Shown here: piece by piece, positions 1 to 12,086 of the stretch
Numbering within the stretch: position 1 is the stretch's first letter
Layout: each line of letters opens with the position of its first letter
Source: Eledone cirrhosa
Taxonomy: Eukaryota
Length of the DNA: 64,000 bases
Assembly (NCBI GenBank): GCA_964016885.1
Contig: OZ024745.1
Coordinates: 47,616,001-47,680,000 of the forward strand
Direction of reading: 5' to 3'
Notes under the pieces: model-generated
Seen by the model: only the letters and a program-made list of their open reading frames with translations
Databases searched by the model: none
What the model was told of the DNA's origin: nothing
Program-made: the position numbers and the translations under genes

Positions 1-92
1 ATTCCAATTTCTAATTTCTGCCGGACCGGCAACCGCTCTTTCAAACCAGTTCCTGTACACAGCTAAGTATTCTATAAGTCTCTAGCTGTGTC

Positions 93-181
93 ATTCTCGA
101 TAAAAGCACTGGATATGTAGTCCTGAAGATTTCTAACAAGAATGAAACGCGTAGATTACTTCCCTTGCTTTTATCGAGAAT
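93..181 (+). ncRNA. Minimal type I hammerhead ribozyme (palindromic helix III)
   Basis: GTAGTC(117-122) CTGAAGA(123-129) T-TTCT-AACA-AGAA-T GAAA(144-147) CGCG TA GATTAC(154-159). Helix I is extended by a perfect 16-bp pairing 93-108/166-181. Confidence 0.75.
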
Positions 182-547
182 CTAATTGTAATACGTGACG
201 TATTCTATTCTATAGCGATTAGGTCTTCAAAATGTTTATTATAAACATACAGAATATTTTCGAATATTCTATGTCTATATATATAAATATATATATATGG
301 AAAAAATGAAATTTCATTTCTCACTCTTAGTACGGCTGATACTTAAATATAAGTATGTATACGTACATACATATATGTATACAGATGTACAGTAGTATGT
401 ATATACATACATACACACATACACACACATATATATATGTACGTATGGGTTTACCGAACATTTATTATAATGTTCGGTTTGTTTGTAAACAAACAGCCCG
501 AATTAAGCCCTACATCATTGCCCTTTTGTTCAACACTGACAAAGAAA

Positions 548-588
548 CGATGAACTAATTTCTAGCTTATTAGCTGTCATCAGCACCG
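548..588 (-). ncRNA. Inverted copy of the 876-918 hammerhead motif (palindrome broken)
   Basis: Minus strand CGGTG CTGATGA CAGCTAATAAGCTA GAAA TTAG TT CATCG. Confidence 0.5.
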
Positions 589-875
589 CTTAATTTGGGC
601 TGTTTGTTTACAAACAAACCAAACATTATATTAAATGTTCGGTAAACCCATATGTATATATATATATATGTGTGCATGTATGTATGTATATACATACTTA
701 TATTTAAGTATCAGCCATACTAAGAGTGAGAAATGAAATTTCATTTTTTCCATTTATCGTTTTTGGTACGCCCGGCCGACTAACTCACTCGATATGCAAA
801 TTAGGCTGCTCAACCGTTAATATGCATAAGGAAAGTATATACTTTCAAACGTTCAATCGACTGACAGGAAGGTAT

Positions 876-918
876 ATGGTGCTGATGACAGCTAATAAGC
901 TAGAAACTAGTTTATCGT
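876..918 (+). ncRNA. Minimal type I hammerhead ribozyme motif
   Basis: ATGGTG CTGATGA C-AGCT-AATA-AGCT-A GAAA CTAG TT TATCGT. Palindromic ACTAGT helix III; helix I relies on G-U pairs. Confidence 0.6.
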
Positions 919-2491
919 TCCTTTGTCATTGTTGAACAAAAGGGCAACGATGGTTGCCGAACACTGTACGGCTTAATTCGGGCTGTTTACAAACAAACCA
1001 AACATTATAATAAATGTTCGGTAAACCCATACGTACATATATATGTGTGTGCATGTATGTATGTATAAACATACTACTGTACGTCTGTATACATATATGT
1101 ATAAGGAAAACTTGAACCGTTAAGGTATATTCTCCTTGGTTATGTCAAAATTTATAAAAAACACTTCGGATTTTATTTGATGATAGCATACAAAAATTTT
1201 GATACCCTTGAAATATATATAATAGAATAAATATGGTTTTATAAATATAGTTTCCATTTATTTAATATCATTGTATATATATATATATATATATTAGAAA
1301 CTGAGGTTTTTTTTTACAAAATGAAAAATAACCCAGGTGTCCTACACGAGTGAAAGTATAAAGAAAAAAAGATGAAATCGAAAATGCAACTGGAGTCTTA
1401 TTTTTTTTTAAATATATATATTTATTAGGTTCCTTTACCGGTTTTGCAGTTCTTCTGCTTTTCAAAAGTAGAGTTGAGATGGAGGGTCTGTGGTTTTTCT
1501 CACATCTGGTTGGTCTCTGAATGTTACTTGTTTTATATGGAAAAAAGTGGCTCGAAATGCCAGGTTTTTAGAGAAGTAATTTGATTGGTTGGTCAATAAT
1601 TATAATAAATTTCGCGCCTCACACACACTGTTTGAAGAACTTTGTAACACGAACTGGCGCAAAATTTATTATAATTATTGACCAACCAATCAAATTACTT
1701 CTCTAAAAACTTCTCTAAAAACCTGGCATTTCGAGCCACTTTTTTCCATATAAAACAAGTAACATTCAGAGACCAACCAGATGTGAGAAAAACCACAGAC
1801 CCTCTATCTCAACTCTACTTTTGAAAAGCAGAAGAACTGCAAAACCGGTAAAGGAACCAAATAAATATATATATTTTTTTTAAAATAAGACTCCAGTTGC
1901 ATTTTCGATTTCATTTGTTTTTCTATATATATATATATATCATATATAAAGAAAAAAATATACACACACACACACACACACACATATGCCTGTGAGGAGC
2001 AGGTGAAACTCCAGAGCAACGTTTGTGTGTGTTATTATTTTTTCTGTTTTATTAAGTATTAGTCTATATAAAACTTTAGTTAAAGATTTTTTATATTAAG
2101 AATGAAGCCATATTATGTCTTACTACATATTAAGATAAGAATTTGATGTGATTTTCATATATATTGCTATTATGACTCTGTATTATCTCAATGAAGTATG
2201 TCTTTATATATATATATAAACACAGTTGTACTTCAATTATCATTGATTGTCAAATAATTTTAGTCACTGCATTTCCTGGTTCATAAGACACTATAAGTAA
2301 TAAGATGCACCTTATATATAGCAAGGTATATTTTGTAAAAAAATCTACTTTAGAATGAAATAGCCATGCATTAACAAAATTCAGTATGTTGAAATCGACA
2401 TCTTGTGTTTATTCCAACTAGCTGTCCCCAACACTGATCTTTGCTATTTATTGTGGCATTTGTGATATATTATGACCATTATATTCACTAC

Positions 2492-2693
2492 AGCAGGGCG
2501 GTGGATTGGCAGTATTGGTAGAGGGTCGGACGCCATGCTTTGCAGCACAGTTACGTCCCTTTACGGACTGAGTTCAAATCCCGCCGAGGTTAACTTTGTC
2601 TTTCATCCTTACGGGGTCGATAAAATAAAGTACCAGTGGGATAATAAAGTACCACTGGGATAATTGCTGGCCTTGTGCCAAAAAGTAGAAACA
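2492..2693 (+). mobile_element. tRNA-head SINE family A (Meta-domain-like body, (ATT)n tail)
   Basis: B-box GAGTTCAAATCCC, body CTTTCATCCTTACGGGGTCGATAAAATAAAGTACC, 14-bp TSD ATTATATTCACTAC (2478-2491/2694-2707). Confidence 0.85.
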
Positions 2694-2984
2694 ATTATAT
2701 TCACTACTTTACTCTATACTATTGTTTAATCTGAAATAGTTTTCTGAAAGGTGTTTACAATTATTTGAAAACACCATGTTTAGTTTACTATCTATTAAAT
2801 ATGTATTTATGTATGGACCCATAACTCCTGATGGAATCCTAGCGACACCGTCATGACATACTCATATCTTGGAGATTTTCCAAACCTGGTGGAGCCTATC
2901 TTTTCTCCAGGTCTGAACACAGCTGATTTCTCCCAGAGTAAGAGAGAAGGGAAGTAAGGAAAAGTTACAGAGGAAGAATCAACC

Positions 2985-3120
2985 CCAGCATTGGACAGAT
3001 ACTTTTTTTTATGAACCTCAGAAAGATGAATGGCAAAGTCAACCTCAGCAGAATTTGAACTCAGAGTGGATAAAGATGCAACAAATATCACAAAACATTC
3101 TGTCTGACATTCTAAGAACC
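2985..3120 (-). mobile_element. Diverged SINE family A copy
   Basis: GATGAATGGCAAAGTCAACCTCAGCAGAATTTGAACTCAGA is the reverse complement of the B-box/body. Confidence 0.6.
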
Positions 3121-3154
3121 AATTTGTTAGTTATTCTATTAAATTTTTATCAAT

Positions 3155-3483
3155 CATCATCATTTCATTTTACGTCTGCTTTTCCCTGCCTGCAATAGTG
3201 GGACGGGAACTGATTCTGGCTTGATTTCTACACCTGGATGCCCTTCCTACCACCAACCTCATTTACAGTGTGGGCTGGGTGCTTTTTTGCCGTGCGACCT
3301 CCACGACCACTTTGCAGTGGAATGATAGAGACCCCATTCCCTATCATCTCATTTTTACAGCTGAGTAAACTGGAGCAATGTGAAATAAAGTGTCTTGCTC
3401 AAGGAAACAACACGGTCTGAGAATTGAATTCACAACCTTTCGATTGCAAGGCCAATGCTCTAACCACTAAGCTATGTGCCTCT
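3155..3483 (-). mobile_element. tRNA/CORE-like SINE family B with RTE-type 3' tail
   Basis: Reverse complement of the 43121-43450 copy; contains GGATGCCCTTCCTA module and (CAT/CATTT)n tail. Confidence 0.8.
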
Positions 3484-3499
3484 ATATATCAATATATCA

Positions 3500-4400
3500 A
3501 TCAATTCTACTGTTACAATTGCTAACTGTTTCTCAGTCATCATTTTCATCATAAAGTTCATATTCTATGGCATCTATCACGTGACTCATTCTAATTTTTT
3601 AATACTTTGATGATTATTTCTACTCTTAGAGTTGTCCATATTGACTTCACTGTTATTTCTACTCCACTCTTAACGACTTTACCCACTGACATACCTGTGC
3701 AATAGTAGGTTATTTCAGCTGTTCTCTTTTGGTTATTAAATTCTCAGCAATCAAACATTTATTTCACTCTTCTCACATAAATCATTTTAATGACTTCCTC
3801 ATTAGTTTTGAATTGCACAACCTTTTTTCCCTGCTTCTGTTTTATTGGCTTGGCATTAATCCTTCACTATCAATACTGGTTTCTTCAACAGACTACTTAA
3901 ACACTAAAACCATATTTTCTCCAGTTTCCCCAACAATTCCACATGGCATTCATCAATCCATTGCTTGTGATAAACATGAACAAGATCACCAAATAGGAAA
4001 ATTTCTTTGGCTGTTGTTTTCTGTTTAAAAGTTAGAACATGCTGGATTTTTATGCTGCCTGCACAAGCTAAAATGACTGAATGTTGGATGTTTGTTATCC
4101 ACAGTTTAACACTGACTTTAGACCATTAATTTCAACAGTTTTGTTTTGCGACACATAAAATGTTAATAGCACTTTATTCCTCTTGTCTACTTGCCCTACT
4201 TCATAACTTGTTTCTTTCTTGACATTGATTGCATATTTGTGAAATGCCAAGATTTTTTCTTCACAATCTTCTGGCTAATCCATGTTTAGATTATGTTTCT
4301 TCATTAAATGGTAGCACCTAGATGAAGATCCAGCAAACTCTTCTGCTAACATATTTCTTTTTTGTACTAAACGTCTTGCCTCACACATTATTATTGTGTA
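3500..4400 (-). mobile_element. Highly degraded LINE-like coding remnant
   Basis: A-rich coding-like minus strand with many stops; no intact motif, so clade is unassigned. Confidence 0.3.
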
Positions 4401-7400
4401 TAGTCCAACAAAAATGATGTATGAGGCAATAAAATTGCTTTATATTGGTTAACTAAATAGCTGTTTTATGGATGTGATCAAGGATGTCAATATGAGCAAC
4501 AGCAACATCATCTCAGATGTGGGAGCTATACTCCATTATAGGTCTCACCTGAGCTTATAGGACCCCTTTTATTTTTATCAAAAAAGGCTAAACAAATATC
4601 ATCCAGATCTTATATGTGCAGTTGAGCATCATCATCATCATCATTATGGTTTTCATCACCATCTTACATTTATTTTCCCTGCTGACATGAGTTAGATGGA
4701 TTGTCATATTCTGAGGCTAGAAAGCCAGGTGTTAATAACATTAGGTGCTTCTCCATAATTGCATAAAAATTATTTTTCAATATTCCCTCAGTGAAATGAG
4801 GGTGTCCTATATGTCATCAAATACTATAATAAATATTGTAAATATAATACTAGAATAAAGATAGTCAATTGGGCATAGTGGTTAGAGCATCAAATATTTA
4901 TTGCAGTTCTCTGGATTCTGAGTTCAAATCCTATTGAGGTCAATTTTGCTTTTCATCCATTTGGGGTCAATAAAGAAAATATCTGTCCAATGTTGGTGCA
5001 GCCCTCTCACATTCCAACTATCACATCCTGAATTTTCTGCTAGTCCAAGGAAAAGGAGGGTCAAGAGGATATGTCTGTCTGTTTGCAACTGCATGAGCAC
5101 CTAAAAAAAAAAACCTTAGAGAAAGCATGATACATACTACCAAGTCACACTTAATTGCAAGTGCTGGATGTAGTTTTAATACTGGAATATATTTATGACA
5201 TATAGATTGCATGTGTAAGCTTATATTATGAGACTAAGGTTTTAGTGAGGTGGACACAGCTGTCAAACTCTACTCTATAACCTAACTTCTTAACAATTTA
5301 CCAGTGTATTTTTTTAGGGGGAAATGTGTATCTTGTGAACCAGAAAATATGGTGAATAAAGATCGTTTTTATAAGAGTGTATAGTATTAAGAATGTCAAT
5401 TTTACCTACTATGCCATATATTTTATATTTCTTCACCTTTATTCTATTTTGTTGAAATGTGTAATGTGTGTGTCTGTGTGTCTGTCTCTGTGTGTGAGTA
5501 TGTGAGAGAGAGTGGAGAGTATGTAGTTAATCATAAAGTAAAAGCTAAAATGTTAATAAAAACAATATTAGTAAACAGTACAATTTGAAGAATAAAATAA
5601 AAGCAGTGCTTTTCTTGAAAATAATTTTATTGATTTCTATCTAGAAAGATATAATGCTTTTCTTACAACTTGTATTGGATAAATATATATACTGATATAC
5701 TGATTAATATTAATCATCATCATCATCATTTTACGTATGCTTTTGCATGCTAACATGGGTTAGATAAGTTGTTTTGATCCAAGTTTTCTTCAAACTTATT
5801 ACCATCCTACATGTCAGAGGCCTCATTTCTCACTCAAACCTTTCAGTTTTGGCATCATTTATATGGCAGAATGCCCTTACAAACACCAACCATTTTATAG
5901 AGTGCACTGGATGCATTCTATTGTGGTACTAATGCTAGAGAGGTTGTTATGCCCTCGGCTAGGCTAAGTGTTCCTCTCAGCTCTACATGTCTCTGCTTGT
6001 TTCCCAACCACTTTATAGCGTGTACTGAGTGCATTTTATCATAGCACTAGCACTAATGACTTTGTCTTATACCATGCAAACTAAAGAATATTCACTACTT
6101 AACCCTGACTCTGTTCATTGAAGGAAAGTGAAATAATAAGTTGTGGGTTGAATACAGACAGGTCTAATGACATTGCCCATTACGCAGGCAGCATAGTGCA
6201 TGGAAGAGTAGAGTGGATGAGGGATAGGGATGAAAGGGTATCAAAAGAAGGAGCCACAGATTGAAACTTAAGAGAAACATATTGGGTGAGAGAACCAAAA
6301 TCTTATACCTCTGTTTCCAACACAATCACCATTTTAACATTTGTTTCACCATATGCTTGCATGAGGAGGATAGATCATCCCCAGGACAATGTGTTGCCAA
6401 TCATTATAGTTTATTGTCATCTCTTTTGTAAGGTACATCATAAGATACATCTTTCTATATAATGATCTTTTGTTGTGTTCTTGCTCCCCAAAATATAATT
6501 GATGAACTGGGGAAAGTATCATCCGTGATGGGACCTGAGGTCATCAAGTGTTTCAATATAAGACACTTTCTCCCAGGTGACCTAGCTGGGGTTGATTAGA
6601 CTATGACTTGCATCCCAGAAGCAATTGCTAGTGGATGTTCTGAAAATAAAATTTGTATAGTTTGCTGTTTTTAATGTAAATTCCCCCAGAAACTCTTATA
6701 ATCTTTATATCTAGTTAAATCATCATACTGATAAACTATATTTCAGTGTTATGCTACCAAAGATCTGACCATTAGTTTTATTCTACCAAAGTCATGACCA
6801 CTAGATCTTCATTTTTTACTCATATTCACACTGAAATCAATATAAATTTATTTTTCCCTTGGTCCTTTGAAAGCAGTTGTAATATCAATAATTGACATTT
6901 AGATGCTGTTTAAATATGTCAAATCCCTCCATTGATTTAGTAATTACAAATTTATACTGTCTCATCAACATATAATTACATTCAATAGCTTGAATTCTTT
7001 CCATCTAAAGATTATTGCTTTCATTGCCTCAATGGTACATAACAATACTCTACCATCTTCAACTGGCCTATCATATAACCTTCTTTGATTGTAATCATGC
7101 ACTTTGTCTAATAAGAATTCCTTGTAATACTTCAAAGATGTCTGTATATTAATGCTTTCAGCTTAGGGAAATTGTAATGTTGCTTTCTAACAAGGAAGGT
7201 GATTCTTTATTCTGGCAAATATCTTAGCGGCTGCTTATTGTTTGTTTTCCAAGTGAATAAATGAATAATATATTTATAGAACACTTCAACTAGAGATAGA
7301 AAACCTGAACAGTTTCTGGGTGAAAGAGGAGAAAAAAATAATTTCACCTGTGTCATATTCTACAATGTTTATCCAAATATAGTTGTAGTCACACGTGATC

Positions 7401-10400
7401 CTTTACATTCAGGCATTTTATTAACTGATTGGCAAAACTGTTACATCAAACTGATAGCCACTTTAAATGGATCTCATTACATGAAATTCACAAAAAGCAT
7501 GAAATAATATAACAATGACATCACATCTCCCGAAAATGAATTAGTTGAATTCCTTTTGTTATTTGAGAACTGTGTCTAACACTATTTGTTACTTTTGTTG
7601 GTAAATCAGTTGTCAACTCACAACCTTTATTAACCCTTAATGCCCTGCACAGCATGAAACCACATTAACAAAACATTCTTGAAAAATATAAAACAGCTCT
7701 ATGACTTTATGAAATTAAAGTCTTTGCTCTAATACTGCAAATGTTCCCAATGATCTGTCTACTAGTGAACATAATATAAACATTTAAATTAACAAAAAAC
7801 ACTTTTAGATATTTTCTTCTGAATCATTACAGGATTTTAAGAATTAATTGTGTATGGAATGTTATTCAAAGTTTGTGACTCTGATTATCTATTTGTGTCA
7901 TTTTTTATTTGATTTGTATGAGGTAATGTACTCTATTTACCCTTAAGAACTATAGCTGTTTTATTTCTTTGATATATGAATCTAGTTTGCTGTATTATTA
8001 AAACATTTTTCTTAATTGCATTGGTACCAAACTGGGGCTACAGTTTCATAAGACATTGTTAATAGTGATTCTATTTATCGCCCATCAAGGCAGATGTACT
8101 AAGAAATATTTCTGAGTGATCGATTATCCAGCAATTTAAAAGCATGGAACTCAAATATATATGCATTAATAGAATCTTTATGAATGCATTTTTACTTTTA
8201 AACCCATCTCAACAATTCTTTCAAAAATTCCATTTGATTCTGGATTGTATAGAAGTGTTTTCATAGGTTTACATTTGATCAAATCAAACCATATACACGT
8301 GTGTTTCTCAGACATTATCGAACACTAATGTTTCTGCGACATCATATCTGATAAACATAGTTTTCAGTACCTACCTAACTTATTTTTCAATAACTTTAAT
8401 GGCTTCTCAGCAACAAAACATTTGCCCCAGTTATTATTAGTTATTTCAAGTCAGTGAATTACTATATTTCTAATGAAAGACACAGCACATAATTTTCAAA
8501 TAATTTTGAAAATAATCAAAAATAAGCAGAGATTTAGTAATATAGCTTTCTCATTATGAAGCTCATGTTTAAAGCATAACTTAAAAAAGTTTCTTACATA
8601 ATATTATGATAGAAGATTTTAGATAGATTTAAACACTTTAAAACAAACAATTTTGTAATGTAGAACAAGGAAAATAGATTTTAAATGGTTGTCATTGTAG
8701 TGGCTTTCCTAAACAAATTCCAACAAAACATTTCATGTCTAAACTAGAATAAATTTTTTAACAAAAACAAATCCACCTTAAATTGATTTCTTAACTATCA
8801 GGAATTTTATGGACATAAATCTTTGTTACGTATGTAAAGGTCAGAATTGCTACCATATTCTAAAACACACATGCTTATTTACACACACACACACACACAT
8901 ACAGTTATGAGAGAGAGTGGGTGTAGAATAGATATGTCATATCGTTGTATGTTGTATAAGGCAACTAAAAAAGTTGTAAAATATTATCTTGTGTAGCAGG
9001 GAAAATGGCCTCAAAAAGTTTATTATTGTGTGTGTGTGTGTGTGTAAGAAAGGGAGAGAAAGGTAATTTGAAATGTTTGTAACAGGTTAATTCTGTACAG
9101 TTTTCATTCTTTCTGAAAATAGGGAAAGCTAGAAAGGCGCTAAATCATTATATTAGGTCATTTCAACTTTAGTAATTTGTTTGTTCTTCATTTTTAAATA
9201 ACATTTAGTTTCTGCCTTCTCTATTTGATACAGACATTGGCAAAGGTGTAGAAATTATCATACATATTAATTTGTTTCCAATTAGGGCAGCAAAGGCATT
9301 GGATTTAATGCCTGGGTATTTGTTCTAGCTCACTGTGCTCTATGTACAAATCCCAATAAAGTCAGCTTTGCCTTTCATCTTTTCAGGGTTAATAAAATAA
9401 AGTATCAGTCCAGGTATGGTGGATTGGTAGGATTGTTAAAGTGTTTGATGGGAGGCTTTAGACATTCTGAGTTCAAATCCAACCTCTTCTGCCAGGTTGC
9501 CAGGATAAATATATATCCAAGCAGGTAATATCAACAATAGAAAAATAATGGAAACATAGTTTACTTTGTTTGGGCTGATGGTTGGCTCCTTTCCTTTTTT
9601 TCTTCTCATTTCCAATTAAAACCCTATGAACATCTTACTAGGTTAATTTATAGCCAAATGAATCTTACTGTAATGTTTCTATAAACATGCTTTTTAGCTA
9701 TCATCTCTGGAGAAATATTAGGAACTACTTATTCTCCTTATGTCATATTTTAACCTAATATAAATCTTCTACAATAGAATGGTGCTGATAAAGGCTTACT
9801 TCTGCAAGTGTCTTCTTATTTTGATTTCAGAGAAGGTGCTATTTAAGATTAAAATTTTGGATCTAAATGATCTTAATGTCTCTTTCAGTGTTACATTTTC
9901 ATAATATAGTTATTTGTGTGAAAGCATGTGCCTAAAAGTAAATTTTACGTAACTATTTGGCTTATAGTTCCACTTTGACCATTTCCTTTAGAATCAAGTG
10001 TTGACAAATTTTGTTTGCTTGTTATTGTGTTTCATCTTGTTTTAGCAATCAACATTCTTCAAAATGTCAATTTCTTTTTCTCAATCATTTCTTTCAATTT
10101 ATCATACATGCTGATTTATGTGAATTAAAAAATCGTACCATCATGCTTCAATAAAATAACTTAAAATCATAAAAAAAAAATTTTAATTCTGCATATTCAA
10201 TATATTTTATAAGTAATTCATCTACACTACTACTACTACAATAATAAATATAATAAACATCTTGGGTGACAAAAATATATATAAAGATATGTAGACATAT
10301 ATGTACATATGTATCTGTAAATGGATGAATACCTATAATCACAAAAGTTATGGATGTATGTATATGTATATGCAGGGACAGACATGGACAACTGCACACT

Positions 10401-10869
10401 CAGGTTGTTTAATGAGGATATGAGAGCTATATTTATATGTATATATATATATGAATGTGGTCCCTATAGTCAAGATTGTCATCTTAACGATTGTCATCTA
10501 TCATTGACTTGGCAGGGCTTATGATAATGTTGTTTTGTGTGACATTATCACTATCATACTTTTTTTTAAATCAACATGTTTGCAATTTTTTTCTTCATAA
10601 TTTTAATTCACTTCATATAACACCTCTTTTCAATACTAACACTTATGTTGCCATGGTAAATGTGTGGAAATATCTATGCTGTTACTATTATTAAACCTTG
10701 CTGTTACTATTATTTTACATTATTTAGTTGATGTCTCTATAAAGTGCACCGAGTTTCAAAAATGCACTGGGAATTGTAGAGGGGGGAGGGGGTTTTCTGG
10801 GTGGAATTTTAGGAGGGGTTAACTATGGAAGTGTTCAATTTTTGTAGTGGTTATCATAAATAAAATAAT

Positions 10870-11310
10870 AATGGGCAGCGGAGTGCACTCTAGTCTTGAA
10901 TGACAAATCTTTAGGAGACAGAAACTCCAAAATCAAACCAGGATTACAGGAGTCCTTTATCCTTGGGTGGAGATCCTGTTAGAGATGGTGTCATAAAAAA
11001 TACTGGGGATGGTGGAAACTGTAAAACACATCCCATGTATTTGAGAGAAAATAATGACATGAATGATACAGAAACCACCAATGATGAAGGGGTTACATCT
11101 GGTAGGTGTCTCACTGTGCAGCAGAGTGGGCCTGGTCACTAACCAACAACTAAGCAAGTAAGACTGAGTGAGAGCAACAAGTGAATATTGTAGTCATGGA
11201 GTACTACAATATGAGTAACACTGTTAATGATAAAGGAAAACCAATCAGAGGATATAAAGAATGCACAGACAATGGAGGGAAAAGGGAATGTTTGAAACAA
11301 CTAAACAATA
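10870..11310 (+). mobile_element. 5' fragment of R4/Dong-clade non-LTR element (N-terminal Myb-like region), decayed
   Basis: 11184-11310 translates [11 protein letters not shown]...KPIRGYK, then after a frameshift [17 protein letters not shown], matching the R4-clade N-terminal pattern VMECYY...GY+KRMH..W. Begins next to a TAA-rich run. Confidence 0.55.
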
Positions 11311-11436
11311 AATATATATCCAATATCCAACAATAAATATATATCCAAGTTATATGTATGTATATATATATACATATTGCAGTCCCACCCTTGCAAGCAG
11401 GGAAAAGCGGACATAAAATGAAATGATGAAATGATG

Positions 11437-11475
<39 letters not shown>

Positions 11476-11534
11476 ATATATATATGTATGTATATATATG
11501 TATATATATATATGTATGTATATATATATGTATG

Positions 11535-11567
<33 letters not shown>

Positions 11568-11653
11568 ATATATATGTATGTATGTATGTGTATATATATG
11601 TATGTATATATATATATGTATGTATATATATATATATATATGTATGTATATAT

Positions 11654-12045
11654 ATGACCCTTAGAGATGACCCCTTAGCCTTTGTCAAGGCAGAATTCTA
11701 GGAGAAGGAAAACTCTGATATAACACCTGCAACCCTGACGGTATCCAATGATGTTGACTTGTTCTTTTTGGTAAATATCATCTTGGTTAAGAGAGTGGGA
11801 CTGGCCTTGTGCAGTGCCTTTGCTCACTATAAAAGCTTCACGGCACAGGCATTGCTTTATATCTGGAGATCTCTCTGCACTTGTCATAACATGGTACCAT
11901 GGGCCCAGCACTATGTGTCAATAATTGTCACAAGTGTAGTGTTTGTACCAGAGTTTTCAAGTCACACTCGTTCAGCGCATCGGTAGGGGTTCTCCTACAT
12001 GGATATAAAGTAGTGGCCGTACTCAAAAACGAGTTGGCAGCCACC
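11654..12045 (+). mobile_element. Bipartite RTE-derived non-autonomous element, 5'-truncated copy
   Basis: Near-identical to 14190-14593 and 56920-57320; flanked by TA/TATG tracts. Confidence 0.8.
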
Positions 12046-12086
12046 ATGTATGTATATATATATGTATGTATATGTATATATATATA

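Larger units (their letters stand above)
1..1930. mobile_element. Cluster of Penelope-like element (PLE) terminal (pLTR-like) fragments with nested inverted repeats and hammerhead motifs
   Basis: Inverted arms ~298-510 vs ~588-752, 355-588 repeated inverted at 878-1100, and 1372-1618 vs 1656-1914. Fragments are delimited by TA runs and contain HHR cores. No RT/GIY-YIG ORF, so PLE assignment is by architecture. Confidence 0.6.
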
